Shown here: piece by piece, positions 1 through 14,436 of the stretch
Numbering within the stretch: position 1 is the stretch's first letter
Layout of the letters: each line of letters starts with the position of its first letter
Notes under the pieces: model-generated
What the model was told of the DNA's origin: nothing
What the model saw: only the letters and a program-made list of their open reading frames with translations
The model's database searches: none
From: Nymphaea colorata
Lineage: Eukaryota
Assembly: GCF_008831285.2 (NCBI RefSeq)
Contig: NC_045138.2
Location: 22,506,001 to 22,570,000 of the forward strand
Direction of reading: 5' to 3'
Length of the DNA: 64,000 nt
Program-made: the position numbers and the translations under genes

Positions 1-414
1 GTAAAAATATAAAAGGGCTCGTGGCCTGTCGGATCAAGAGATCTCTGTAACCTGCCAATTATTTCCTTGCCTTTTTCGCCTTCTGATTAGCGTGAGGGGA
101 AAGGAGCCAGCTTGTCTTTTTTTGTCACTTTGCCATGAAGTGGGGATGGAATCGCGCTTCCCCGGAAAGAGGCCGGGTTGCCTGGGTCATGCCGATCCAA
201 TACTTTTATTTTTACCCATTTCTCTGTCTTCTGCAGATTTGCAGGGTCAGGAAAAACTTTTTTCTTGAAGATTGCCCAATTGTTTATAAACCGTGAAGAG
301 GCATTGGTCTTGCTCCACTGGATCTATTCGGACCACTGACCGGAAACATTTTTTTAGCGTTATTTTTTATATTTCAAAAAGACTTGTTCCTCTTCTTTCG
401 TTCAAATCTCTTTA

Positions 415-803
415 TGGCCTGTTTGTTTTGATGGAGCTAAAAGACAGGAAGGAAGGAAGGAAAGGGAGGAATGAAAAGGAAAGAAAATGAAAAGATGGGG
501 AAGAGAATGAGGAGAGAAAAGAAAATGGAAGAAAAGGGATGATAATAATAAAGCTTATTTGGATATGAACGAAATGAAAAGAAATGGACAACCCTTTTCC
601 TTTCCATCTCCATCCCTCCAATTTTTGAGAAAAGGGATTGAATTTACATTAAGTTATTTTTTCATTTTCATTCTTTTCGTTTCTTTTTCATTGCAACTAA
701 ACATGTTTTTTTTCTCATTTCCTTTTCTTCCTTGTTACTTCAACAACCAACCATATGATTGACTACCTTTCCCTCTTTTTCCCTCCATCCAAACCTGCCC
801 TTA
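415..803. mobile_element. Tourist-like MITE (PIF/Harbinger)
   Basis: Ends GGCCTGTTTG ... CCAAACCTGCCC; purine-rich left half mirrored by a pyrimidine-rich right half. Confidence 0.55.
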
Positions 804-2757
804 TTTTCCACATTCTGCTCACACCATTAGTAAGAGCTCTATTCATTCTCTTGGTAGTTAAGTAGGTTCGTTTTTGGGTGAACATGAGAGACTCATCGTT
901 CTGTAGAGAGCCAAAGTTTTCATTCAATTCCTTCTCTTGTCCTTAGTATACATGCTTTGCTTTTACTATCTTAGGATGCCACCATTGCTGTGCTTTATAA
1001 CTTGTGCATGAGTGACCCTTGTTATAGTACAAGAAGAGATTAATGCTCTTGACATTCGGAAATGAAAACAGGCCGCCTACCAGCCCCCACTCCAAGCTGT
1101 TGAGCCGACCTCCACAGGACAAACAGATCACTTAAAAGACTTTTGAATAGCTCTTACTTTTCCTAGTACAGGTTTTTTCACCAGGCTGAGAGCCAAAGAA
1201 AAGTCTCTTCAAATAAAATAAAGGATTTGTTTCCCGTATGTGACGGCTTTCAAGTTGGCCTTACATGATGCATAAATAAAGGCTGCTTCTAACTTGCTTC
1301 TAACTTGACTTAGGGGGTCAGCTGCACCTTCAGTACATGATACATATTCTGGCCTAGCCCAAACTTGTCAGGATCAGTTTAAAATCAAGTCGACCGAGCT
1401 GCAGATTCGATGGTTCGTCTGATTTGTGAGCCAGAAAAAAAAAATTATAATATTTTTTTAAGGTTAGTATTAATATTTATAAAACAATTGGAAATAAGAA
1501 ATTTTTTTTGGATACGTTAAAAACACAATTAAAGAAAACGTATGGCACCCTTGAATTGGCTATCTAATCCAATTATTGGCACCATGTTAATCTGAATTAC
1601 TGGACTCAAGACTAGGTTGATAACGCACCTAGGAACCGTGAATTCACGAGTTCTCAATGCAGATCTGGCGAGGAAGGTTCTCTCCGGCTCACCTGAAAAA
1701 CTCTCGCCTGTAACTCTTACTCTTGCTAGCTTTTAGTATTAAATTATCAACGAACAGAAAAGCATGTCTCGCTTCCAAGATTTCTTTTCATAATGAACTC
1801 TTGGCGACCCTTCTACGTTTTGTTAAGTACCTGCCTATGAGACATATCTAGAGGCCTCCAGTGGATGGTCTACAGTTAAACTATACCATTGGTATGGGCT
1901 TCAAAGATCTACGTCCAACCTTTCCTCCTGCTGGTGAAAAACAAGGAGCTGACACCAACCAAGATTTATCGGTCAAGGCCACGCCATCCTCACAGAGGAA
2001 ACCAAAATCAAGGACAAAACGTTCATTTTCACGGCCGGGAATGAAGGTTGTCTTCTTCCCGCCCTGTCTCAACCAAATTCTTTATGATAACAAGAACACA
2101 AAACGGGTGAAATGTTTGCTCCGTCCGGTCTTCATCATCTTCTGCTCCACTCTCCTCCAATTTGCCCTTTTCAGAAAGAGAGGGAGAGAGCCTCAATGAT
2201 TTGGATGGGGCGACCAACAATTTGTGAGCTTCATAATGAAAAAGCTTCAAGGTGAAACAGATAACCTTGTCTGGGCTTACCTCCCACCAACAAAGCAAGG
2301 TCGGGACGAATCCACCTCACGTTTCTGTAGGATCATAAGCACAAGGGTTAGTGGCGGGACCGGCCTGTCTGTCCTACCATTCAAGAACAATGCTGCCTGG
2401 AACTCATTCTCCTCTCAACTAGCTCAGCTCATTCTATAACAATTTATTAGGATTAATTATATTTGTATATTACTTTATATTAAAAATATATGCTTTTTTA
2501 AATTTAATCGGGCAAGGCCCGAGCCGAACTCGGGCCCGGGTTTTAGGTGTCAAGCCAAGTTTGGGCCTGGGTTTTAGGTGCTGGGCTGGGCTGACCCAAT
2601 GCCAAGCATAGGTATGTTTCAACCATTCCTTTTTTATGGCTTGGTAATTGGACTATCATCCAAATCTAGTGTTTTATGAATTGTTCATTTTTTTAAAAAT
2701 ACATTCATTGAATGCTGCATTTCAAAGAACAAAATGTTCTCTTTACCAAACACTCTT

Positions 2758-2932
2758 TTAGGGATAATTTGACTATAAGAACACTTTGTGAGTGTCTCGT
2801 GAATTTACCTCAAACATTAGAGTAGGTTTATACGACAATAGTTCTAATGTCCAATGAACTTGCACAAATTTAATCTTCAAGGTAAATTCATGAAACACTT
2901 ACAAAGTTCCTTTCCTGCCAAACAACTCTTTA
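2758..2932. mobile_element. Tourist-like MITE family copy (related copies near 5240-5380, 7653-7810, 37635-38110, 39798-39960, 43640-43780)
   Basis: GG.TGTTTGG / CCAAACA.CC termini and internal inverted motifs (gtgtttcatgaatct...agattcatgaaacac) recur across the window. Confidence 0.55.
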
Positions 2933-5900
2933 AACAACACTTGTAACAAAGGTCAACCAGCAAAGAGCCAGTTGAGGATTAGTGGGGCAGCGCTCGTGCC
3001 ACTAATTATCACTTTTGATATGGCCCCGCAGTGCTTTATGCAACAATATGATTGATGTTAGACAGTGTGACACCCTACCCTTCATCATGCAATGGCACTA
3101 GCGGAGCCGGAAGTTTTGACTGGAGAAGCACTATTAAGGGGGCGTCTGCATATATAAACAATCAAATATTTCAAGCCAGTGATGTAAAAATAAAATTTCG
3201 TGAGTTGCCCACACCAGCGCCCCCTCATGTGGCTCCGCCGGCGCCACTCACTGGTATGGCTCGATAAGGGAATTGCAGAGGAAAGGATAACTGTGTGAAG
3301 ATGCAGCGTGGAGGGGCCTAAGAGTCACGAGCATTCTCAGGATTTGTCTTCTAGGAAACCAGAGACCGCTTCCATCGCCCTTTTGCGGCGTAGCTTCAGA
3401 GGTCTACATCTCTTTCAAGCTGTAACCATGTCGCCTAGCAGCGCATACAGATTCATGCTGGATACGAAATTCTCTCTCTATAGTGTGTGAACTGAACCAG
3501 AACGATAATGCCTGGGCGCTTTAAAAGAAAGCGACAAGCTAAACCGACATGGTTGTGCTGCGGAAGTTTGTTCCTAAGGAGCTCGATTGAAATCACGAAG
3601 TGAGTTGGGCAAGTAGTGAAATCATGTGTTTTTGAGAAAATTATGGCTTCTTGCTCCTGCTTTACCTTATACAAGCCACACTTTTTTGCTTCCAATTAAC
3701 TTCCAAAGAAGTGTCTATAAGCAACATTGCCCTTTAGTTATAATATGAGATGTCGAAGATTAGTTATAATATGAGTTGAGATAATAAACGATACATTAAT
3801 GATGTACTTTCTTTTGTCAATGTTAATTTTTATGATTTATTTAGGAATTGTCTGAAAAGTCGGTATGTTGTCTTTTGGATTACAATCAAAAGGCAGGGCA
3901 ATGGATGAAAAAATTCCCACATGTTAGATGTCTCTCGCATTAACTAGTAATAACTCGAATTTGCGAATAAATTATTTCATGAAAGCGTAGGGCTGCTAAC
4001 TGCTCCACATTCAGCTAAAATGCACTACTTATGCACTATGGGTTAAACATAAACGCTAGCTTGAGCATGAGGTTTGTTTTGAAGCCATGCATTCATTTGA
4101 AACACGGCATTTTCTTCTTATCGGAGTTATTTCACAAAGATTTGCCATTCAAAAACCACTTGTGGAGAGCTCAGCATGAGGAGGGTTGTATACTGCGTTG
4201 GAAAAGGAAGAATTGCCCCCCAAAAAATATATACATTGGCATTTCAAGCTTTGCTTTTCTAAAGTTTCCTGGGCCTTTTGTTTGATAGGTAATATCGATG
4301 ATGACTATGAACTTACAAGTAGAGAGAAGATTGAAGAAATGACTCCAAATCTTTATGTACTAACTCATAGAATTGCTTGAGATTCAGAAGTGACAGAAAT
4401 TATTTTATCTACTAATATCCTTCAAATCTATAGAAGTGCAAACACCACAATTATTTGGAAGGTCCTTTGATTTCCAAGTTGCTCTAGTAACGCCAAAAGG
4501 AAGAGGCTGAGTGACGGATTCCAGCTCCATTGGTAGAAAAATCATGCTACAGAACCAAACGTTGTGCTGCCAGTTATATACTACCATTTGAAGATGGTTG
4601 AAGAGAGGAAGGAATTGCAATACAAGTGGTATCTATAATCCGTTCTTAAATAGCATCAATGTTCTCAAACATCAACCACTATATAAACTGCAATTGCATT
4701 TCCCATTGTGTACCTTCTATTCAATAGTGCATTTTAACTCATTATAAGCCCAGATCTAAGCCTAGTATAAATTAAAAATAGATTCAGCGTGCATTTTAAT
4801 TCAATATAAGCTCAGGCCTAAGTCTAATATAAATTAAAAATAGATTCAACATGTGTACCACATTTTTCAGTTTCATAAGATTTTGTTCTAGGATCATGCT
4901 TGTTGGATCGATGAAAATTATCTGGAAGCAAGTTTAGCTAGGATCTGCTTTAGAATCCAAATAAACGAATGCTCTCATCTAATAGAAACAGGATTGGTCT
5001 GAAGAACAAATCTTCCTGGGAGGGTGTTCAGTAATAATAAGAACAATGGAACACATGTTAGAATTAATGTGGGTTCCAAGAGCACCATGCTGTTGTCGAA
5101 CATGATGTGATCATGAATCCTAGTTGAATTTTTATTTGATAACAACATCTATGATTTACTCCAGGTCCTGAATGAACAACATGGTGCTCTTAGAATATAC
5201 TTAGAAACATGTATTCCAAAAACACAATATTATGCCCCTTAAAGGGTTGTTGGCATCTTGTTAATGGTGCTCCAAAATTTGAGGTAGATTCAGGAAACAC
5301 TATGTTACAGGGTTTCAAGTATCTGCTTCAATTTTTGTTTTAGTGGACAGTAACAATTTGTTACTATTGCCAAACTGTCTTTAAAGCACTCGTTTGCTTG
5401 CTGTCATGAAGGGCAAATGCTATGGCTTGTTAACTATGTTCCATTTGATCTTCTTTGAAGATGAAATTTGTAAACACATGCATATTTAGGATGTCAGATG
5501 ATCACCACCAAAAGTTGCAACTTTCACCGTCTACCATCAACATCAAATCTACTGCAAATGGTAGTAGTACGACACTTTAGTTGATGAGTGTACCGTTGAT
5601 CCACCCAGCTCCCGAAACAGTAGCCATGGACCTAAGGGGCAGCCGGGCAAGGGAAGGGGTGAAAGGGCCTCTGCCCTCCTTCAGTCAGTCAGATCTCACT
5701 CACAATTCCCTGTCTACACATGCTGACAACTATAGACTCTGTGAGCAAGCAGGAAGTTGAAAGCTTTGGCTCGTTGTCCTTAAAATGCATAGGACTAAGA
5801 TAGCAGACGTTGTATCCTATTTTTGAAGATAAGACGGTCGTCATTTGGATGAGCAAAGGCATAATATAAGGGAGGTCATTATTTTGTAGGCATTAGCATT

Positions 5901-8900
5901 TCTAAAACCTTCACATGATCAAAGTATATCACCTCATGAAAAGTTGTAATTAAACCCTCATTGACATTTAAAGTGCACAATTAAGAAGGAATTGTTTGGG
6001 GGAGTCCTCATTATAAGTGCACAAGTTTTTATCACGATGTGCTTATGTGGGAACAGAAGATGAACCAAGGAAAGTGTCCCTTCCCTTGTTTGGATCTGAA
6101 ATTTTGGAATCTGACTCGTTTAACCACTTCCTTTGCCTGAGAGAGGTTGAATCCTCAGGTCCCAAGCAGTCAAAACCTTGTGAATATTAAAATGACCAAA
6201 ATAATACCCTTTATAGAAACATGGACGTTTGATTGCTTCAGGATCATTTGAAAACCATGGTTTTAAAATCAGACTATCGTCTAAAAAAAATATATATCAA
6301 ACATTTTTTTAATTCAAAAAGATAAAAAAAGGATTTCATGTGTGGATCTTAGGTCTGATCTAAAATGTTTCAATCACCACGAATACTTTACCACATTATC
6401 CATTGATTTCAAATCCGAACCAGTTAAAGTTAATGGTCTCTCTGAAAAAAAAAGTAAAAACAGATTGCATGAGAACAAAAATGAAAAATTAAAAAAACAG
6501 AAAGTCTTTTTTCTACACAAAGACTAAGATGTCCTTCGACACAGTGACATGTGAAGAGCCGAACGGACGTCCCACTCCCCTCAACTAACCTTTCGGAACG
6601 CAGCCAAATTCTGTGCATGTTCTCATTTCACCAACCCACGCCGGCGCCCATAGGAGAACAAAAACATTGTACATTTCCTCCTTTTTTTTGCGTTAATATC
6701 GGGAGCCATAAATGTAACGCTTCCAAAAACAAACGATCTCCTTGGAAATATGCATCATAATGTCAATTTGGCTATGTCACCTCAACAACCAAAAAGAAAA
6801 CACCCACTGCATCAAGTTTGATGCAAAACAGGGGAGAGTTGATGGAGGCATATTGCTGGCTACGGTGTGCTCAGTTTGAGTCGGGATATCAACAAATCAG
6901 ATTCAAATCAGATATATTGTTTATGTTTCTTTTTATATTCATATAATTAAATTCAAATTTAGATTTAAATATAAATAAAAAAAGTTATATTTGAATTTAA
7001 ATCTGAATTCAAAATCTTATACATTCGTATCCAAATGTGAATCTCACTTTTAACACCCGTAGAGTTTGAGTAGGTGTGCTCACAATTTAAAGAGACCGTA
7101 AGGCTAGCTAAGAGGTTTTTTGATAGCTTTGTGCTGCATTCTTTGGAACATTCTTCCTGTTATTCAAACGCCTTCCCTGTGCCCCATCAAGTACAGCAAT
7201 GAACACAGAGTTCTTGTTACAAAGGCTCTATCAATGTCTTATCAAAAACAGTTCATGCTGATGCTGTAAATAATACAATAATGGCAACAGAATATTGGCT
7301 CAACGTTGCCTTATTTTTTTCAATTTGAAAGTAATTCAACAATAGAAAATGTGAACCTGTGTCTGCCAGCCCTTTATTTAATCGGCCGGAAGTGGCTGAT
7401 GTGAAAGGTGTCCACCGATATGCTGCAACGTAGAGGAGTATTGACAGGAGTTGCCCATACAAGTTGCTTCTGTGCACTAGAGAACAAGATCAGAGATCCA
7501 AATGGCGCCTTACCAAGCCCCACACGACCTGGATGTAAATTCCTTGAACAAGGAAAGAAAGGAAAATGGAATTTGTTTTAAAACTTTAAATTTCTAACCT
7601 AAAAAAACTGCATCCTAAAATATGCGCGAGCCTATATGTAGCTCCGCACTTTAAAGGTTGTTTGGTAGATAAAACATTATGTGAGTGTTTTATAAATCTA
7701 TTTAAATGATTGATGCAAATTCGTGAAACACTAAAACTAAATGTTCTTCATTTTTTAAACCAGACTCATCGAACACTCACAAATTGTTTCATTTACCAAA
7801 CAAACCCTTATGAATACAGATCAAAAGCTTGGTCTCTTAACTGGGCAATAAGATTATCTTCATTCCTTTTATTATTCAAGTTTTTAATTTTTTTTTGCAT
7901 CCTTTCAATTTTAACACGTCGAGGTACTCTTTCTTTTTTAGGAAGACTAGAATTACATAAAAATTGATATTTTTTAAATATATACATTTCCCGACGGTGA
8001 ACGAAATGAACATGCATAAGATTCCATTAGTTTATAAAACAAACTGTCTAAATTTATCTTACTTCCTAAAACCCGTGTCTCACGTCCAAAAGGACACGAT
8101 ATTCTTGCTGATGTATAAGTTTTGAAACGTTCAAAACGCATCACATGAGTCTTTTTTCACAAAAACCTTTAGAAAAGAACAAATTAGGAAAACCAGTCTC
8201 CAAATAAATAAAAATGTCATATTATATATATATATAATTTTTGGCAATGTCGTTATTCATCATTCACTAGAAAAAAAAACGACTATGTAAACTTTTCCTA
8301 TAGCTACGCAAATTTTCGAAATTCATATGTTGAGGTTACGAATGTGATATCCAGCCAGTGCACTAAACATTTCATACATGAGAGTACAATATATAGAAAT
8401 GATCCTAAAAAACCAAAGTTTTCAATATAAAAAGGTGGGGAAATTGAACGATATATTAAATCCTAAAAAAACAGAAATATATTTGAGTTAGAAGAAAGAG
8501 AATTGGCAGTACAATATTGTCTTATGCATTTCTAATATAAAAATGATCATGTGAAGAAAAGACAAAGATTATATAAACGAGAAATTGAAGTGGGCAAAGA
8601 AATTGTGATATATATGTGATGTTTAATCATTTTGGGAGATACTTTTGTTAGAAATTAAAGAGATCCAATCATCCAACCCATACTAACCATCTTATATCTC
8701 ATTCACAAAAACACGGCGAAGAAATATAATATCAGAGTTCGCTACAGCAAAAGAAGGTGGCTGTGTTGTGAAAATTGGTTTCTAAGTAGAATATCCAAGC
8801 TGACGATTTAGTGAGCGGCCGGCTGATTCGGCCGTTTGCATCAGCAAAAATAGCCAAATGCTATATTTTTAAAAAGTATATATTTGAAGTCTAATTTAAA

Positions 8901-9394
8901 ATGAAAAACTCTTAAGAAATTTAAAAATTAATGAAAAATAATTAAACGTGGCGTTCTTTATTTTGACTAACTTTTATACTTTTATTTTTTTTTTTTCAAA
9001 AATACTTTCCTTGAAATTTTGTGCAGCGGAATTCTCATTCGGTTTTTTTTCTGTTCGGTTTAACAACCCCTTGCAATAGACGAATCTAGGGAAAAGAACG
9101 AAATGTACACACTCTTGTTAAAATTAAAAAGAAAACTTTTTTAAAAGGTTAAAAAAATCGTAAAAATTCTAAAATGTTTATTATTTAAAAAAATAAAAAA
9201 TACCCTCATCTCCTTTGGTGTATAGTTGTTGTGTGCATAGAAATGTGCATACAACTCAATTTGGAGAAGTGCACTCAACTCATTCTTGAAAAAAAAGGCA
9301 AAAATGAATTCATCCTAGCATTATGGGGGCCACATAAATGGTTTTTCTTGTCAAATCACTTGTTTTTCTTTCTCACATACTCCAGAATTTTCAC

Positions 9395-9585
9395 CAACCG
9401 GTTTGTAGCGTAGTCGGTTGGATAAGTTGTCTCAGGTTCCAATCTTGTGGACATTAGCCTCCGGTCAGCATGGGAGGTTAAGGGGTAAGTGTTCTGTCAG
9501 TTTTTAGGACAAGTTTCAAGTTTTCATGACAAGGCTGTGAGTGCCCCCTTCTAATCTCTTTCCTTCCTTTCCTTTCTTTCTCAAG
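9395..9585 (+). mobile_element. tRNA-derived SINE with CT-rich tail
   Basis: A-box-like TAGCGTAGTCGG and B-box-like GGTTCCAATC. Flanking direct repeats tactccagaattttcac (9378-9394) and tactccaaaattctcac (9586-9602). Confidence 0.65.
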
Positions 9586-10085
9586 TACTCCAAAATTCTC
9601 ACTGAAATGTGACAAAATAATAAAGCGGTACTATTCTAGCTCTCATATTTGCACATCTATCCTAGATGTTTATATTGTCTTCAATGGAAATGCCATTTTT
9701 TACTTTTTCACCATTTATATGTGCTTTTTTTTTTCTAAAGGTTTTCCCCGTTTTCTACTTAGCAAAAAAAAAAAAAAAAAAAGAACTGGAAAATGGGAAG
9801 CGTTACTCGCTTGTCGTCGTTGTAACTATTGTTTCGACTTTTGATTGATGCCATTCTTGCTTCTTATCTTTTTGCTTTATATGCACCTTCTTTACTAGGT
9901 TCTAAACGTTTGTTCATGAAAAAGGCAGGAACGCCTGTTATTTCTAATGTATTTCTTGATTGTAATGAGAAGAACTGTATGGCTCCCAGGAATTTCTTGA
10001 TTCTGAGCTTTAAAGGAATCCATGAATCTGATGATTTCTCTGCTTCGATTGGAGTCCTCCTAGCTTTTCTAAAAGGAATCGGGGG

Positions 10086-10228
10086 ATAACAAAACAGATG
10101 TAGTTAATCAGTAAAAGTATAAAAGGGCATGTATGAATCAATTGATTCCGGCAGATAACAAAACAGATGTAGTTAATCAGTAAAAGTATAGCGTGGCATG
10201 TATGAACCAGTTGATTTGGCAAGTCAAA
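10086..10228. repeat. Tandem duplication, ~70-bp unit x2
   Basis: ataacaaaacagatgtagttaatcagtaaaagtata... repeated at 10086 and 10156. Confidence 0.85.
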
Positions 10229-10349
10229 CATGGTCGATTGAAGGCCAGCAAATCTTATATACGGGCCTTACCAGAAGAAGGGGAGAAACAGAATTTTAGA
10301 ACCTCTCCAAGATAAACCTAATAAGGAGCTCCCAGAAGGGGGCCGTTGA

Positions 10350-10505
10350 GAAAAAAGAGCTGATTTCTTTAGCTGAGGGCTTTGTGAAGTTGCAATCTCA
10401 TCCTCTTCTGAATGGTAATGGCAAGATGAAAAAAGAGAGCTGATTTCTTTAGCTGAGGGCTTTGTGAAGTTGCAGTCTGATCCTCTTCTGAATGGTAATG
10501 GCAAC
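10350..10505. repeat. Tandem duplication, ~80-bp unit x2
   Basis: gagctgatttctttagctgagggctttgtgaagttgca...ctgaatggtaatggcaa occurs twice. Confidence 0.85.
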
Positions 10506-10539
10506 TGGCAAGCTTGGAGGTCTTTGTCCGAAAGGGGTT

Positions 10540-11280
10540 CTATGAAGTGGTTAGCGACCATGGTTGTCAAGAAAGGACTCTGAGTATACATATCTGGTGT
10601 TCTAAGTGAATACTCTCAACCCTTGTCCAGGGATCATAATTGTGATTGTGATCGAAAATAATGTGTACTGTACATGGGTGGACAGAGTGTTGAAGTGGCT
10701 TGGTTTCAAGTTTTCTATAATTTGAGATTATCTCCATTCCAATAAATTGGTGCAAAGAGGTATGTTTCATGATCTGTAGTTTATGGTGCGTCATGCATGT
10801 CCAGCTTCCCTGTGCTTTGATAGAGGATTTTAACTCCGTTGGAGGCCCCGGTGATAAAACAGGCAAGCACCCGGATACGGTGTCTTGTTTTGAATTTGTG
10901 GACTTTTACAGATTCTATTGGTTTAAAGATCATTAGTTATCGAAATCTGTGATTTTACATGATGCAACAATAGATTTGTGGAGGAGAATGTTCATTATCG
11001 GATTGATCGTTGGCAGCAGCAGCTCGCAGCAATATTTATTTTCTGTTAAAGATTTCCTGAGAACTATCTCTGATCACAGCACCTTATTGTTGATCAAGGT
11101 CTCTATCGTAGCAGAACATATTGTAGAGAAGGGGTTGTTGCGGCTTTTAAGGTGCTGGTCATTAAGGAAGGCTATAAGAGTATTGTCAAAAATGCTTGGG
11201 AAATTATATGAGGGGTTGTAACATGGTTTGTGCGATTGGGAAACTTGAGAAGTTAGGAAGGAGATGCTGTAGAGAATAAA
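10540..11280 (+). mobile_element. L1-type LINE endonuclease remnant
   Basis: Degenerate EEP motifs: NVY (~10660), ISDHSTLLL (~11065), and LRF..CW matching the PFRFE..W linker. Confidence 0.55.
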
Positions 11281-11449
11281 AATGCCTATGATGTGTTATT
11301 TTATATGTATTTAGCTAGAGAAGAACACTTGCTAGGTAATAGGTGTTTAAATGTGCATATGTTATTATATATGTATTTTTTGCTTAAAGTTTCCATGTGG
11401 ACATTGAATTGTGATGTATCTTGTTGCAGTCATGTGGTGAAAGATGCAT

Positions 11450-11705
11450 TGGATATGTGCTCCTAATCTTCAAAAAATTGTCATTAGTATATCGAGTCAA
11501 ACATGTTCTTCGTCTGAATGTGAATGAAAGGAGTAGCTTTGACCAAATTCACATCAAGAGGAGGAATAGATTGTTTCGAAAGATATTGAATGACCTAGTA
11601 TTTGTCCATTACAATCTACGTTTGCATGAAAGGCAACTTAAAACAACTTGTCCCGATCCAATTTCTTTGGACAATATATTTGCATACACCAATAAATGAA
11701 TGGGT
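11450..11705 (+). pseudogene. hAT transposase C-terminal dimerisation domain fragment
   Basis: Frameshifted WW..APNLQK....SQTCSSSECER..SFDQIHIKRRNRL....LNDLVFVHYNLRL..DPISLDNI. Confidence 0.85.
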
Positions 11706-13129
11706 TATTGAACAAGAAGTCTTAGATATATATGATGTATAACTTATCAAAGTTTATTTCAAAATTTGACTAGTGTTTATTGATTATGAATTATATACTG
11801 TATATCTTTTATTGTGTCCTTTTAATTTTTTTTAACTACATGTCATTTTTATTGAATGAAGGACTTATTAAGGGAATTAGAGATGGAGGTTGAGAACATT
11901 GATAAAGTCAATGCTGTTGATGACGAAGGTGATGATGAGTGTGGAAGTGAAAATGCAACAAAAAATTGAGCTAACTACTTCAACTCCAATTGTGCTATTT
12001 ACCTCCATTGTCAAGTCATGAAATGAAGTCCACAAGTTAATCATTGGAGATTGTGGTTCAAGTTTGAAGACAATTTGGATACTGATTCTTAACTAGTGAT
12101 GGATAGCGATTTCAGTTTTGACCTTTGAGATATTGTCTTGCAATATTAGTTTGAAAATTGATTTTTGTATATCAATTTGACCCAGTTCAATATTGTTACT
12201 TAATTATTGATGTGAAATGTGAATCTTTTATGATTCTATGCTTCTACCTATTCTATTCGAACACAAAAATTTAGCATTATTGTTCACTTATTAAATTTAC
12301 ATATTATGAGTAAAATTAAAGTTAATTATGCTGGATTTCAAGTATGCTTATGTATTTATTTCAATTTTTAGAGCATATACATAATGGCATGTTGAATAGA
12401 TTGATTTTAATGCTTGTGTTACATTGTTGTTAATCGATGTATTGATATTTGATAGTTGATATTATTCAATTATATTGAAGTGTGCGATTATAAAGTGGCA
12501 ACAGTAGTTTGATCAATGTTGTAATTGCACAGTTTTTACTTTTTAGTAATACATGAATAAATATAACTTAGTTGCAAGTCTTGTGACTCCACTTGATGTT
12601 AATTTGACTTCTTTTTGAATAATATGCGGAAAATGATATCATTTTACTATCTTTCTATATGTAGAAGACAAGTTATACATTGTTATTTCTTCAAAGAGAA
12701 ATAGTTAACATAACATGGTCTAAGTCACGGAGTTGATCAGCCGAATCACGATTAAAGAACAGCCGAGTCAGTCCCATCTGCGTCACCTATCACCAAAGTC
12801 CGTGTATTATAATATTTGAAATACTATGTTACATCAAGCAGTGTCGTAATTCTTAGTGAAATCTATCTTTAACGCGAAAATGGGTCGGGTATCAGGACAC
12901 AACTAAGTTGTATTCCTCTGTGTTTACGTTATTGCCTTAGATAGCAACACACAAGAATGGAGACCTGACTATGAGAAAGAGGCCTGCCATCATGAATCTG
13001 AGAAAAAGGAAGTCAACAAGCAGAATTTTCAGAATATACACAACAGAAGCACAGGTTCCGATTTGTGTATTGAGCAGCGTAAAATTTCTTCTTTACTGAA
13101 TACAAATGCAATAGAAAAGTTGCAGGACT

Positions 13130-14436
13130 GTATTTCTACCACCAAAAGCCAGTGTGCTGGCTCACCATAAATGACACTATATAAACCTTCCCCATGGACG
13201 TAGGTTCCTCATCGGAATCGAACGACGTAATTGATCTTGTCTCCTCCAACTTCTTTTCTTTGTCATTCCTTTACTTAGTTGTCACCTCTTTACTCTGCAC
13301 CGTATGAAGGCGAATTGCATGGACCCAATAAGCCTGGGCATCAACTGCAACAGTCTATTAGCAAGAACCTTGCTAACAACTCGGTAAAACACTCCCAACA
13401 CAAAGACAGGCCGGAAGGAAGAATATATCTATAGAACCAACCTTCTTGGTAATAAGGATTAAATTATCAATGTTCAGTTTTGTCGAAAACATGGCCTTCC
13501 GGTAGAGCTGCAAGAAATTCGATTTAATGGCCTGCCATCAACTCCAGGGGCCGGCACTTAACATTCACCATATGCCACATGCTTTGATTCATAAAATATT
13601 GTGTGATGGCCGTAATGCTAGAGCTCCTTCCCACTGACACCCGTCCATGAAAATTGCCTGAATGCAATTCTTAGAAAGATTAGATGTAGCCATTTTGTAA
13701 ACGAATTTGTTATCTCTGTCCCTGACATATAGCCGAGTGAGACTTGATCTTGCCTTCCATCTAATTTCATCCTTCATCCTCCATTCAGAAATAAGGATGG
13801 AAAGATCAGTGATATGCCGTGCCATGGCCAACACCTCATCTGAATCAAGGTCTAAAGAGGACTCCTGGGACCTAAATAGCTGTGCCACCTCCTGCTCCCA
13901 AGCATTGATCTGACCGAACTTGTTGGCCTGGTATTGGGTTAAGTAGGCCACAATGACCTTTACAACATTGGAGAGCTCACCCGCCAATCACGGAGCAAAG
14001 AGGACAATGTTTGCTAGTAGAGCTCCTTAAACCCTCGCATGCGTAGCCACCACTATTCAAACATGAACTGACATGCAGGCCTAGGAGTCAGTTTCCATGA
14101 GATGATGAGCATTGCATGATCCAAAAATGGACCTAGCAGATAATATTGCTACAATGAAAGGAAATAAATCCAATGCCCCAATGGAGATAAACGCCCTGTC
14201 TAACAACTTCTTTGAAAGAGCGGTCCTATTGTTCCACCAAGAGTACTGTGTACCATATGTGGGGAGCGGGTGGAGCTGATTGGCCTGCACGAACTCCTGG
14301 AATTTAGATGGGCTTGACTGTGTAGGGGGATTAGCATCATCACATGAGAGCAGGCAGTTAAAATCTCCTCTCAAAATTTGAACATTCGGAAAGTGTGAGT
14401 TGATGTGTTGAACATGAAGGGCATGCGCCGTTATGA
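13130..14436 (-). mobile_element. L1-type LINE ORF2 remnant (EN, linker, start of RT)
   Basis: GDFNCLL, YSWWNN..LLDRAFIS, FMFE.WWL, EIRWKARS...RDNKF, and FRPV...VYRVVSKVLANRL...QFAFI, with stops and frameshifts. Confidence 0.85.

Larger units (their letters stand above)
8760..12830 (+). mobile_element. Degenerate hAT DNA transposon (boundaries approximate) with nested SINE and LINE fragments
   Basis: hAT dimerisation-domain remnant at 11450-11700. Inverted subterminal motifs GGCTGATTCGGC (~8821) versus GCCGAATCA/GCCGAGTCAG (~12740-12770). Confidence 0.5.

Noticed and set aside
4270..4620. Exon-like block GNIDDDYELTSREKIEEMTPNLY; similar isolated blocks at ~7355-7475, 41700-41862 and 44495-44700
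   Set aside because: Stops in all frames, no recognisable family, and no partner exons.
9398..9455. tRNA gene
   Set aside because: The A and B boxes are too close, there is no anticodon arm or acceptor stem, and TSD-like flanks indicate a SINE.
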